In this document: one piece after another, positions 40,301 through 50,489 of the stretch
How the letters are laid out: the number at the start of each line of letters is the position of its first letter
How positions within the stretch are numbered: position 1 is the stretch's first letter
DNA from: Acidobacteriota bacterium
GTDB lineage: Bacteria; Acidobacteriota; UBA6911; RPQK01; JAJDTT01
DNA: 64,000 nucleotides
Assembly (NCBI GenBank): GCA_965263035.1
Contig: OZ253580.1
Location: forward strand, 96,001 to 160,000
Direction: 5' to 3'
Made by a program: the position numbers and the translations under genes
The notes under the pieces: generated by a model
Told to the model about the DNA's origin: nothing
Database searches by the model: none
Seen by the model: the letters and a program-made list of their open reading frames with translations, nothing else

Positions 40301-40629
40301 CCCCCCCCCACTGAGGTGGTCCCGGTTCTTTGGACCATCTGAGGGTCAAAATAAGGTAGGGAAAGTAGACTCCGAATGTTGAAATTGCACCCTCAAATCC
40401 ATGATACATGGCTCCGCTGAGCGACGCCCGTTTGCATGTCATCAGCACGTCAACTTGTCCGGTTTTTATGACACGTGATCTGTCCGGTCGGTGAACATTT
40501 GAACCCCCTCCTCGCGTTGCCTGGGGGCCGTCTGTGGGACTTCCGGTCAGACTTGGCCGGAAGCTTGCTTTCGGCCATGACAGCTCTTCACGCTCTGGGG
40601 AGCGTATCCGGCTCTCCGGAATCCCGACT

Positions 40630-41449
40630 TCACGCCGCCTCCCTCCCTTGGTGCGCTTCCCCTGGGGTCCGCCCACCCAGCGCCGAGTGAGGCCGCTCCC
40701 CGTTGTAGAACTCCATCCACTCCCCGATCACCCGCTCGGCCTCGAATCCGTCCGCGAGTTCACGCAGGTAAACCGCTTCGTACTTCAGCGACCGCCACAA
40801 CCGTTCGATGAACACGTTGTCCAGACAACGACCGCGACCGTCCATCGAGCACTGTGCCCCGGACGCCTGCACCCTCTCGGTGAACGCTCGGCTCGTGAAC
40901 TGCGCTCCCTGATCCGTGTTGAAGATCGTCGGTACCCCTGGTGAGAGCGCCCTTTCCAGAGCCTCGACACAGAACTCGCTGTCCATCGTGTTGGACAACC
41001 GCCACGACAGCACGTACCGACTGCCCCAGTCCATCACCGCCACCAAGTACAAATACCCCTTGTAGACAGGGATATACGTGATGTCAGCGCACCAGACCTG
41101 ATGGGGCTCGTCGATCTTCAGACCCCGGAGCAGGTAGGGGTAGACGCGGTGTTCCGATCGGGCCACGCTGGTTCTCGGCTTCGGGTAGATGGCCTCCAAA
41201 CCCAGGAGCCGCATCAACCGACGAATCCGGTGCCGACCGGCGAGGACCCCTTCGTGGCGCAGGTGGCCCCTCAGCTGCCGGCTGCCGTAGAACGGATACT
41301 GAAGATACAACTCGTCCATGCGGCGCCATCAGCGCCAGGTTCTCCGGGCTCTCCCCCTTAGGCGTGTAATACAGCGACGATCGACTGATCCCCAACAACC
41401 GGCACTGCTGGCGCCGGCTCAACTCCCCGTCCCGTTCCACCATCCGCAA
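40630..41449 (-). pseudogene. IS3 transposase OrfB (rve), extra frameshift near 41320
   Basis: WCADITYI, FNTDQGAQFTS and DNVFIERLWRSLKYE motifs; N-terminal part lies in another frame. Confidence 0.85.
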
Positions 41450-41463
41450 ACACTCGGAGCGAC

Positions 41464-41748
41464 TCAGCGCCGCAACCCGCGCCGAAAAAAATCCCGCTCC
41501 ACCGTCAACTCTCCGATCTTCGCATGCAGATCCCGAATCCTCGATTCGTGATCCTTCTCGCGCTTCGAGCGCCGGCCCGCGAACACCTCCTTCAGTCCCT
41601 CCACGGCCTCACGCTTCCAGTTGCTCACCTGGCTCGGATGCACCTGGTGCTTGGCTGCAACCGCCTGAATCGTGTGGTCTCCTCGCAGCGCATCCAGCGC
41701 CACTCGCTGCTTGAACTCTGCCGTGAATCGTCTCCGTCTTGTGGCCAT
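41464..41748 (-). CDS. IS3 transposase OrfA
   Basis: RRRFTAEFKQRVAL...HQVHPSQVSNWK...LHAKIGELTVERDF. Confidence 0.9.
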   Translation of the reverse strand: MATRRRRFTAEFKQRVALDALRGDHTIQAVAAKHQVHPSQVSNWKREAVEGLKEVFAGRRSKREKDHESRIRDLHAKIGELTVERDFFRRGLRR

Positions 41749-42048
41749 TCCAGACCTCCTCCAAGGCTCTGAAGTTTACCTTAACCCTTGGTCCGAAAAT
41801 GTGGGACCACTTCAACCTGGGGGGGATCGACTCTCGCCGACCAAGACTCGGACGCCACGAGCCGCTGGCTCGAGGGCACGCAGGAGCGTCTCGGCTTGAG
41901 GCCAAGCTGCGGAGGGGGCCAAGTCAACTGCGGCTCGCTCAGGAGAAGGAGCCGGTGTGGCTACAATGAACCCCCGGAAATCGGAGCGACTCAGGGCCGA
42001 CGAAGAGGTGGAATTAGGGGCATGTTACACGTAACGCCGATGGGGCGC

Positions 42049-42083
42049 TTTGACCCCGCTCCGGGGTCGGGAGCGGGGTCAAA
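42049..42083. repeat. Perfect 14-bp inverted repeat (REP-like hairpin)
   Basis: TTTGACCCCGCTCC, 7-nt loop, GGAGCGGGGTCAAA. Confidence 0.8.
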
Positions 42084-42392
42084 CAAGGATGCAAAACACT
42101 CAGGGGGGTGTTTTGCACGGGCGGGGGTCGCTCGCTTCTCAGTTATCCTTGCAGGAAGGCCGAAGGAAAACTACAGGAGACGAGGAGCTGGAGCCCCTCC
42201 GAGAGAGAACTCGTGACCTGGCGTGAGCGCGGGCTTTTTGTGATCCACAGTTTCTCCTTCATCGGGGGCCTCATCCTCACCCAGTCCCCCGCCGTCCGCT
42301 CAGAGCTTCGTGACGCTGCTGGGCTCGAGGCCGTTTCGATCGCCGGAGCTTGTCGGGTGAAGCCACTGGAGTGGGGGCGGAACTCGCTTGTT

Positions 42393-42662
42393 TTAGAGCC
42401 GTGACAAGAGCTGGTCGTAGGCGGAGTGAGAGCCTATCCAGAACCAGACGATCGCCTCGTCCTTCAGGACGCCCACGGCCCGATAGCCTTGGCTCACACG
42501 GACGGAGTAGATCGGATCGGTCTGGTGAACCCTCTTGAAGCGAAGACCGGGGTGACCGGGATTGTCCTGAAACAGCTGATAGGCTTGCCGGGCTTGGCTC
42601 TGAATGTCAGACGGCAACTGGGCGAAGCACTCGTGGAAGCGTCTGGTGCGGCGGGACTTCAC
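42393..42662 (-). CDS. RelE/ParE-like toxin
   Basis: F..LP..IQ..AR.AY.LF..NP.HPGLRFKRV....YSVRV..GYRAVG...WFWIGSH..YD pattern. Confidence 0.85.
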   Translation of the reverse strand: MKSRRTRRFHECFAQLPSDIQSQARQAYQLFQDNPGHPGLRFKRVHQTDPIYSVRVSQGYRAVGVLKDEAIVWFWIGSHSAYDQLLSRL

Positions 42663-42877
42663 AGCCGGTCAGGATCGAGCGGCTCAGTTCGGCCGGCCAG
42701 ATCCTCTTTGAGAGCCTCCCGAGCAAGATTGGCGAGCTGCCGCTGGGAGGTCTCGAACGATCGGGACCAGCGCCGCTCGGACTCGATCTCGTCCAACAGC
42801 CATCGCGCGAATGCGTCCTGCTCGTCGTCGGGCAACCGGGCGGCCTTCGAGAACGCTTTCTCCAGTAGATCCGTCAC
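42659..42877 (-). CDS. Cognate antitoxin
   Basis: GTG start with GGAGG RBS; MTDLLEKAF..A..LP..EQD..A.W.L.E.E.E..W; overlaps the toxin start. Confidence 0.8.
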   Translation of the reverse strand: MTDLLEKAFSKAARLPDDEQDAFARWLLDEIESERRWSRSFETSQRQLANLAREALKEDLAGRTEPLDPDRL

Positions 42878-43283
42878 AATCGACACCTCCTGAGACGATT
42901 GTACCGCGTCAGAGAGCTGGTGCGTCCTCAATCTGCTCGAATCCGAAACAGATACGGACGATGGCGAGGTTCTGTTCTACGTAAAAGATGGTATTCCGCG
43001 GGACCTCATCAGCGACATCACTACGCTCTGGCGGGAGACTTTTAGAGACGCGATGAACGCTCTAGTGGTGCGACATTTCCAGCCCCGATCCCGCGTTTAT
43101 ACGCGCACCTTCGTCTACCAAGACATGCCGAGGACGGTGGGTGACATCAACAGGGACGTCGGCGTCCGCCGCAACTCGTCACGGACTGTGCTAGAACCCG
43201 GCACCGCGTTCGGGTTCGTGCTCGATCACACTGGTAGGTGCTTGGCTTCGACTACGCTGACGATCACTCGGGGGGTTGACTGA

Positions 43284-44268
43284 CTAGACCGAAGTTCCAG
43301 CCACGAAGACAAGATAACCCCTTGATTATAAAGGGATCAGTCACGAATCCGCCTTGGTCGTCACTGGGAACGCTGTGACCAACTCCAGAGCCCGTCGTTG
43401 CAGCCTCGGACCGTCCGGGGCCGAGGCGGTTCGGCACTGGTGACGGGCACGTGTTCCCATCTCCGCCATCAGCGTGTGGAAGCTCTGGATCGGCAGTCCG
43501 TCCTCGGTTCGCCGCTCCGTCTTCTTCCGTTTGGCCGATGCCGACGGCTGGGCTTTCAGCACTGGATCCCGTCGAGCGCGGTGCGCGTCCAGGTCCTCGT
43601 CATCGAACAGCAACGGGGCCAGGGCCCGGCGCAAATGCCCCTCCACATAGTAGGACAGCAGGCACAGGAACAGGTGCGACCGCACCCGCGCCTCCGCCCG
43701 GTGACGGATGGGACGGATCTGCAAGTCCACGGTCTTCAGAGAGCGGAAGGCTCGCTCCACGTGCGTCAGGTTCTTGTAGCTGCGCACCACATCGGCGGTC
43801 GGCAGCCGCTCTTCCGGTTCGCTGGTGCGGATGATGTAGAAGCCGTCCAGTTGCGCCTCCCGGGCGACGGCTGCGGTGCGCCGGGCGTACTCGAAGCGCC
43901 CGTCTTCGATCACCAGCTCAAAGTGCTTGGCCACTTTGTACCGGTTCTTGACCCGACCCACCTTCTCGGCGATCTGGGGCGCCAGCAGAGGCGTCTGGGT
44001 GCGCCGGGCCACCTCCCGGGCGATCTTGCCCAGCTCCTCTTCCGTGGCCGCCACCAGGTTCTCGCGTTTGCGGCGCCGATACTCCCCCAGCAGCGGGTTG
44101 TGGCAGACGACGAGCCGTTCGCCCGGATAGGCCTCGGTCCGGATCTCCGCCAAGTGACGCTCGTCGAAGATCGAGAGCTGAACCGCTTTGGTTTCCACCA
44201 GTTCGCGGATCGCCGTATGCCGCAGGGCCGAGATCCAACCCAGTCCCGGATGGCGCTTCAGATGCTTG
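43284..44268 (-). pseudogene. IS1634-family transposase, 5'-truncated, with right end
   Basis: WISALR, YPGERLVVCHNP, DGFYIIRT, YKNL..VERAFRSLK..DL.IRPI.H motifs; terminus CTAGACCGAAGTTCC at 43284. Confidence 0.85.
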
Positions 44269-44352
44269 AAGGGGACTCTTTCGGATTCAGAGATCGGGTC
44301 TCCACGAATCTGAGACGGGTGTAGGTCCCAGATCCAGGGTCGTAGCTGAACA

Positions 44353-44381
44353 GGTCCATCCCCGCCTGTGCGGGGGAAACC
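44353..44381 (-). CRISPR. Solitary type I-E-like CRISPR repeat (copy 1)
   Basis: Reverse complement GGTTTCCCCCGCACAGGCGGGGATGGACC: 29 nt, CCCCGC/GCGGGG stem, 4-nt loop and ATGGACC handle, matching type I-E repeat architecture. No array or cas genes in the window. Confidence 0.7.
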
Positions 44382-44999
44382 GATCCGGTTCTGGTGGAAC
44401 CGTTTTGGCCCGATCTTTGCCGCCGAGCTCCGCAAGAAACGGACAGGTCGAATGCGTGCGTTGTCGGCTTGGCGGTGGCACCTTGATGAGGTGTTCGTGA
44501 AAATCAATGGCGAACGCCATTACCTGTGGCGTGCCGTGGACCAGGAAGGCGAGGTGCTGGAGGCCTTTGTCTCGAAGAAGAGAGACCGCAAGGCCGCTTT
44601 GAAATTCCTCAGGAAACTGAGGAAGCGCTACCCCCCCAGGCCGGATGCGATCATCACGGATCGGCTGAGGTCTTACCGCGCGGCCTTGCGTGAACTGGGC
44701 GGATCCAGTCTGCATCAAGCTGGCCGATGGCTGAACAATCGTGCGGAGAATTCCCCCCTGCCGTTCCGGCGGCGAGAACACGCGAGGCTCCGTTTCAGGC
44801 GGATGCGAAGCCTCCAGAATTTTACCACCGTCCATTCTTCCGCCTACAACCACTTCAACCTGCGACGACCTCTCTGTTCACGGGACACTTTCAAGCTCAA
44901 CCGCGCCGCTGCACTTGCCCAGTGGCGTCAACTCGGGGCGGCCTAATTCCCTGTCCCCGGTGGAATAACTCAGACCTGCGATTTTACTCTGACAGTGCC
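44382..44999 (+). mobile_element. IS6-family element, 5'-truncated
   Basis: RFWWNRFGP, WHLDEVFVKINGE.HYLWRAVD, TDRLRSY and LNNRAENS motifs, stop at 44946; right IR ...TGACAGTGCC ends at 44999. Confidence 0.88.
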
Positions 45000-45107
45000 T
45001 TGCCGACTGGTCGGGAAGCAAAAGAGGCGGGTGCGTGGAACTCAAAGGATATTTTTGCAGCAATTTGGACAGTACCTTGAGCAGGCACTTCAGGCGGGCA
45101 TCCCCTC

Positions 45108-46376
45108 CTATCGATCACCCAAGGCTTCCGCCTGCCGTTCGAAGCTCTTATCGACCACTGCGGAACCAATCGAATCGCCGAAGACGTTCACCGCCGTCCT
45201 GAAACGATCTAGGAGCCAGTCGACCGACAGGATCAGCCCGATATATTCGACAGGTAATCCGACCGCGTTCAACACGATCACCATCGTGACCAGCCCGGCT
45301 TCGGGAATGCCCGCGGCTCCGATAGCCGCCATGGTAGCAGTGACGGCAATCACAAGCTGCGAGGTGATCGTGAGCTCAAACCCAATCGCCTGTGCGATGA
45401 ATATGGCAGCCGCGGCCTCATAGAGGGCGGTGCCATCCATATTGATCGTGGCACCCAAGGGAAGAACGAAATCGGAGGATTGTTTCGATACCTTGGCCTT
45501 TTCGACAGCACAATTCATCGTGATCGGCAGCGTTGCCGTTGAACTTGCAGTTGAAAAGGCCGTCAGTAGAGCCTGGGACATCTGGTACATGAAACGGAAC
45601 GGGTTCCTTCGGGTGAAGATCCACAGGATCAAGGGAAGCGTTAAAAATGCATGGACCCCCAGCCCGGCAAGGACCGTTCCAAAGTACGCTCCAGTCTGTT
45701 GCAGAACCGCTCCCAGATTTCCCCCAGCCTGGGCTTCACCAAAGCGGGCAGTCACCAGGCAGAAGATTCCGAACGGGGCCAGTTTCATCAGCAACAGGAT
45801 GAACGACAAGAGCGCTTCGTTGACTTGGACGATTATCTTGGTAAGCGCCTGGACTCGGGTGCCCATTGTCGTGAGCATTCCGGCAAAGATGATCGAGAAG
45901 AAAATCAGCGGTAGCAGGCTGGTCTTGGCTGCCGACTCGATCAGGTTGTCGGTAAAGAGCATCAGGACCAAGCCCCGAAGGATTGTTCCCAGGTCCGCAT
46001 CTTCCCGGCCAGCAGTGCTCACCTGACCCTCCGCGAGGCTCGCGTCCAGGGTCGTCTGGTCGACACCGACACCAGGTTGAATCAAATTCACCATAAGCAG
46101 ACCCACGATCACAGCCAGGACGGTTGTCATCAGGTAGTAGGTCACCGCAAAACCGCCGGGGCGGCCCAGTTTTCGAATGTCGCCGAGTCCAATGATGCCG
46201 CTCATCACGCTGGCCATCACCAGCGGAACGACCATCATCGTGAGCAGGTTGAGGAAGATCTCACCCCCAAGCTCGAACTGCATTGCAAATCCCGGAGCAA
46301 AAACAGCCAGGAGGATGGCCACAACAATCGCAACGGCGATGTACAAGGTCAGACGGCTCTTCGGTTTATCGGGCAT
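45108..46376 (-). CDS. Dicarboxylate/amino acid:cation symporter (DAACS, GltP/DctA family), copy 1
   Basis: AFSTASSTATLP, LPLGATINMDGTALYE, AAGIPEAG and DWLLDRFRTAVNV.GD motifs; start at MPDKPKSR. Confidence 0.95.
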   Translation of the reverse strand: MPDKPKSRLTLYIAVAIVVAILLAVFAPGFAMQFELGGEIFLNLLTMMVVPLVMASVMSGIIGLGDIRKLGRPGGFAVTYYLMTTVLAVIVGLLMVNLIQPGVGVDQTTLDASLAEGQVSTAGREDADLGTILRGLVLMLFTDNLIESAAKTSLLPLIFFSIIFAGMLTTMGTRVQALTKIIVQVNEALLSFILLLMKLAPFGIFCLVTARFGEAQAGGNLGAVLQQTGAYFGTVLAGLGVHAFLTLPLILWIFTRRNPFRFMYQMSQALLTAFSTASSTATLPITMNCAVEKAKVSKQSSDFVLPLGATINMDGTALYEAAAAIFIAQAIGFELTITSQLVIAVTATMAAIGAAGIPEAGLVTMVIVLNAVGLPVEYIGLILSVDWLLDRFRTAVNVFGDSIGSAVVDKSFERQAEALGDR

Positions 46377-46762
46377 TGTGTAACCTCTCCGAGTTCGATG
46401 CGACGACTCTGCTTTCGCTTGGCGGCGATGAACCATCATTATGCTCTTGCCAAGCCTGAAAAAACTAGCGAACGAGCATCGCTGCGTTCCGAGGACAAGA
46501 ATCGGCCCTCAAAGGCCGCTCAACGGCCCCGAGTGGTTCTTACTCTGGCAGCCGTGGGAAAATGGATAGGAGGAGGCTGTTAGTACTCTACTTAAAGTTC
46601 TGCCCTTCAGTATCGCGGACAAACTATTCGACGGCATCCGGCGGCAGATCGAGATCGACTTTCCAGCCCAGATCCGCCAATCTCAGAACGCCCGCCGCAT
46701 AGAAGAGAAAAGCAATGGTCAGGACGGCCAGCACCCGCATACCAGCCGATAGGCATCCAGTA

Positions 46763-46892
46763 GGTGCTGTCAAGTTAAGTAGAATTCTCGGGTTTTGGAG
46801 GCGAAATCGGCCGTAGGCCTAACGTAGAATCAACAACTTAGGGAGTGGCCAAGGCGCTGAGCAGGAACCAAATCGGTTAACTTGACGGTACC
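46763..46892. mobile_element. IS6-derived miniature element (130 bp)
   Basis: Ends GGTGCTGTCAAGTTAA and TTAACTTGACGGTACC form a 16-bp IR with 2 mismatches, similar to IS6 GGCACTGTCA ends; no ORF. Confidence 0.75.
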
Positions 46893-47079
46893 GCCGGTTC
46901 CTTTCGGCGGGTCGGCAATGTCCAGTCTACAGCATGGACTAAAGGTGCCGATCCAGCGCCATGTCGCGTCCTCATCCTCGTCGCTGTTCTCGTCGAGCAC
47001 CCGGGGCTCGGCCACCAACATCCGGTCGCCGGAGGACGTCCCCACTGCGTACGGAGTGAGGGGGGAAAAGCGACACCTC

Positions 47080-47715
47080 CTAAAACGTAGTCGGGTCGCC
47101 AACCGCGGTCGCGATTCCATCGAACGATGAGGGCACGGCAGGCCCCGCGCCCAGGCTGATTGTCGTCCCATCCAGAGGGGTTATGGCAATTTCGGCGCTT
47201 CTCGTGTGCCCAACCGGAACCGTGATTTCAGATACGCCGGTCGGCAGCATTCCCCCAGTCGCGCTGATCGTCGTCGTCATGTCGAACGGCGCACCTTCAG
47301 GAACCACGACCACCACTCGGTTCGTGTTGTGAACACGCTGGATCGTCATGGTGAAATTGAAGTCCGCGCCCGGATTCGTCTCCAGGTACAGGGCCTCCAG
47401 ACTGGTGAGACCCGAAAACACACCTGCGGGCAACGTCTGCAACCGGTTGTTTGCCAGGTCCAGCCACTCAACGTCAAGACTGGCGAAGACCCTGTCCTCC
47501 AGCGTCGCCAATTGGTTGTGTGACAGATCCAACGTCAGGCTACCGCTGAGTGAATCGAACATCCCGGCCGACAGTGTTCGGAGCTGATTCGCCTCCAGGC
47601 CGAGGAATCTGAGGTTTAGCCCGGCGAACAGCCCGGAGGGTAATGTGGTCAGGTTATTGTACTCCAGATCCAGAATGTCCATGCTGGCGAGACCGTCGAA
47701 CAAGTTGCCTGGCAA
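47080..47715 (-). pseudogene. Leucine-rich-repeat surface protein, 5'-truncated
   Basis: Several LxxLxLxxNxLxxLPxxxF repeats followed by VPEGAPFDMT; the upstream in-frame sequence is unrelated. Confidence 0.8.
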
Positions 47716-48115
47716 GGGCCGGCCAACTCCCGCATCCTGGCGTTTCGAGGCGGATGTGTGCATGCCGGGCGTGGACGGGCTTCGGATTCCATTATGGGAT
47801 TCAGTCTGCCTGTTGACGTGTGCCGTTGATGCGGCCCGTCCCTGGAAGGGCATGGGAACCTTGGAGGTTGCGGATCAAACCGGGCCCCTGTTCAGAGACT
47901 TGGAGAGTTCTCCAGCAAATGAGTCCTCAACTCCTACCGGATTCTTGCTCCCGGTTCCGCAGGGCGCGAATGCGGACTAGGAGGACGACCCACTGGCCGC
48001 CATGCAATCGGATCTTAAGTCCCTGGGCGGCGACTTGGCCCCAGTGGTGACGACGGCGGCGGGCTTTGGGGAGGGCCGGGGCGCGGTTCCTCAGAAGGAC
48101 TGGATACCGTCCAGG

Positions 48116-48282
48116 CTAGGAGCCTGCGCCGCAGAAATTGATCTACTGCGAAAGCGGTAGAATCGGTCCATATTTCCTCGATTTCTCGGCGAATAGAACA
48201 ACTATGCACCTCAAAATCGAGAAAATCTGGCCTCGATTCCCCACTTTCTCGCTACGATCATTTCTACCGCGCAGCCTCCTAG
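48116..48282 (+). mobile_element. MITE copy 2
   Basis: Differs from copy 1 at about 2 positions; shares its right CTAG with the adjacent IS1182. Confidence 0.9.
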
Positions 48283-50053
48283 GAGCCTGTCCGAGAATTC
48301 GGCATTGAGCGACCTTCACCCATAACCATGCTCAGGGGCAATGGTCCAAGGCTCCGAAGACCCTCGAATCCTGGCCTCCGAAGCCGAGGGAACCGATGGA
48401 TTGCTCTAATTCCGACGCGAAAAGAGGCTACAGAGGCCGATTTTTGACTTCATCCGCCCTTATCCGCCCCTTTCTTACGCCCAGGCCGCTCGCTTCCCGA
48501 ACTCCGGACACACCTCTCCCCGCAGAGCCGCAAGCATGATCTTTTTGAGATTGTGTGCCACGCAGACCAGCGAGAACTCCCCCGCCACTTTCGCCTTGCC
48601 CCGCAGCCCGAATCCTCGAAATCCCGAGTTCTTGATCTGCCCGAACACCGGCTCCACGATCGTCTTGCGACGCGCGTAGATCGCCTGGCTCTCCGGTTTC
48701 GACATCCGCTCGTTCATCGCCCGTCGCAACGGCTCCTTCCCGTCGCTCGTGATCGTGCGCGCCGCCCCTGACTTCGACCGGCAGCAACGACGATAGTAGG
48801 CACAGGATCGGCACTCATCGATGTCCCCCTGATACACCCGCTGTCCCGTGCCGCGGGTGGTCTTCAACCTCAGCAGTTGGCCACCGGGACAATGAAAGCC
48901 GTCCTGCTCCTCGTCGTAACGAAAGTCCGCTTTCACCAAGTAACGCTTGCTCGCGTCCAGGTCCCCCTTCCCCCGCTTCTCTCCCCGGTCCGTCGCGATG
49001 TAGGCTTCCACCTTCCGATCCGACGTCTCCTGCAGGTTCTTCCCCGAGTAGTACCCGTTGTCCAAACTCAGCTTCTCCGGCAACCGACCGCTCGTCTCCT
49101 CCACCTCATCCAAGGCTGGAGCCACTTCCTGGGCATCGTTCGCCTGCTGGCTCACGTGCTGACCCACGATCACCTGCGACTTGCCGTCCACGCTGATCTG
49201 TGCGTTGTACGCGTACTCGAAGTCCCCTTTTTGCTTCATGATCCGCGCCTCGGGGTCCGCAAAGCTGATCTGCTTCTTGTCCTCGATCGCCTGACCCGGT
49301 CGAAGCTCCTGCTCCCGCGCTTCCAGCAGCTGCTTCATCTCCCGGACCTTCTTCAACCGCTGCTTCTTGTCGCGCAGGTCATCGGGCAGCTCATACCCGG
49401 TCCGCTCCTGGTAGACCCGATCCTCTTCCTCGTCGCAGCGGTCCGCCTGCCGGGTCAAGGCTTCGATCTCCTCGCACAATTCCTGCTCCTTCTCCTTCAG
49501 CCGTCCGTAACTCATCGCCTTGTGCTTCGAGCTGTTCGCCTTGAACTTGGACCCGTCCAGGCTCACGTGGCCCAAACTCACCAGCCCCAGCCCCATCGCC
49601 AGTTGCACCGTCTGCTTGAAGCAGGACCGGAAGAATTCCCCGTGGTCCTTCCGGAAATCGCTCAACACCCGGAAGTTCGGGCAGTTCCTCCCCGCGATGT
49701 ACATGAACCCCAGATCCTCCCGGCAGCGCTGCTCGATCTGCCGGGAGCTGAACACGCCGCGGCTGTAGGCGTAGATCAGGATCGACACGATCTGACGCGG
49801 CGCGTAGGCGCGCTGGCCCCGGTCGCTGTACTGGGCCTCCACTTCCGACGTGTCCAGTTGCTCGAACAGTTCCTGATAGAGGAAACATTCGTGATCCTCC
49901 GGCAAGAGGTCGAACACGTTGGCCGGAAACAGCTGACTCTGGTAGTAGTCTTTCGGGTAGGCTTTGAATCGCGGGGGCATCCAACATTCTCCTGATGATC
50001 AGATGCCCTGATTTTAAGGAGCTTCGGTGACAGCCCCGTTCTCGGACAGCCTC
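48283..50053 (-). mobile_element. IS1182-family element, apparently intact
   Basis: TIR GAGCCTGTCCGAGAA / TTCTCGGACAGCCTC, flanked by CTAG on both sides. Confidence 0.92.
48475..49980 (-). CDS. IS1182-family transposase
   Basis: DUF772-type N-terminus (YAYSRGVFSSRQIE, PNFRVLSDFRK); LDGSKFKANSS, DPEARIM, YNAQ, DNGYYS and Y.RRK..VEPVFG.IK motifs. Confidence 0.95.
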   Translation of the reverse strand: MPPRFKAYPKDYYQSQLFPANVFDLLPEDHECFLYQELFEQLDTSEVEAQYSDRGQRAYAPRQIVSILIYAYSRGVFSSRQIEQRCREDLGFMYIAGRNCPNFRVLSDFRKDHGEFFRSCFKQTVQLAMGLGLVSLGHVSLDGSKFKANSSKHKAMSYGRLKEKEQELCEEIEALTRQADRCDEEEDRVYQERTGYELPDDLRDKKQRLKKVREMKQLLEAREQELRPGQAIEDKKQISFADPEARIMKQKGDFEYAYNAQISVDGKSQVIVGQHVSQQANDAQEVAPALDEVEETSGRLPEKLSLDNGYYSGKNLQETSDRKVEAYIATDRGEKRGKGDLDASKRYLVKADFRYDEEQDGFHCPGGQLLRLKTTRGTGQRVYQGDIDECRSCAYYRRCCRSKSGAARTITSDGKEPLRRAMNERMSKPESQAIYARRKTIVEPVFGQIKNSGFRGFGLRGKAKVAGEFSLVCVAHNLKKIMLAALRGEVCPEFGKRAAWA

Positions 50054-50315
50054 CTAGGACCGGCACTACCGGAGGGATTTTGTATGCTTCGAGAGGACCT
50101 GGGCCGGTCGGTCCTGGCGGCGTGCGGAACTCCTCCGAGTTTGTATCTCGATGCAGACGGGGTGCCTTAAAGGGAGGCAATGAGGCGCTGGCCACGTCGG
50201 GGCCTCTGGCAGGTGGATAGCCGAGCGCTCGGTATCACTTCTGTTATTTAAAGTGATAATATTTTTTCCGAACTCCTAAAATATTATTTATTTCTAGTGA
50301 TTTATAAAAATTGGA

Positions 50316-50405
<90 letters not shown>

Positions 50406-50489
50406 AATCCGGAAATATCAAGCCGTGAATTCTACTTCCTGAGTGGGTTCGGAACAAGGCCGCGTCCCGGCGGGGGCCCGGCCGAGGCC

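Larger units (their letters stand above)
40312..41814 (-). mobile_element. IS3-family element
   Basis: TIRs TGAGGTGGTCCCGGTTCTTTGGACCA (40312) and, reverse complemented, TGAAGTGGTCCCACATTTTCGGACCA (ending 41814); orfA and orfB inside. Confidence 0.88.
44353..46681. repeat. 2329-bp duplicated cassette, copy 1
   Basis: Near-identical to 59561-61889 (offset 15208), with about 7 substitutions seen by eye. Confidence 0.95.
47720..50205 (+). pseudogene. Putative phage/satellite portal-like gene remnant split by MITE + IS1182
   Basis: Removing the two insertions restores ...TTAAGFGEGRGAVPQKDWIPSRL|GPALPEGFCMLREDLGRSVLAACGTPPSLY...; stops and frameshifts present. Family call is from recalled similarity only. 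Confidence 0.45.

Noticed and set aside
42920-43283. Open frame fragment before the IS1634 end
   Set aside because: No recognisable motif or clear start, so no function can be supported.
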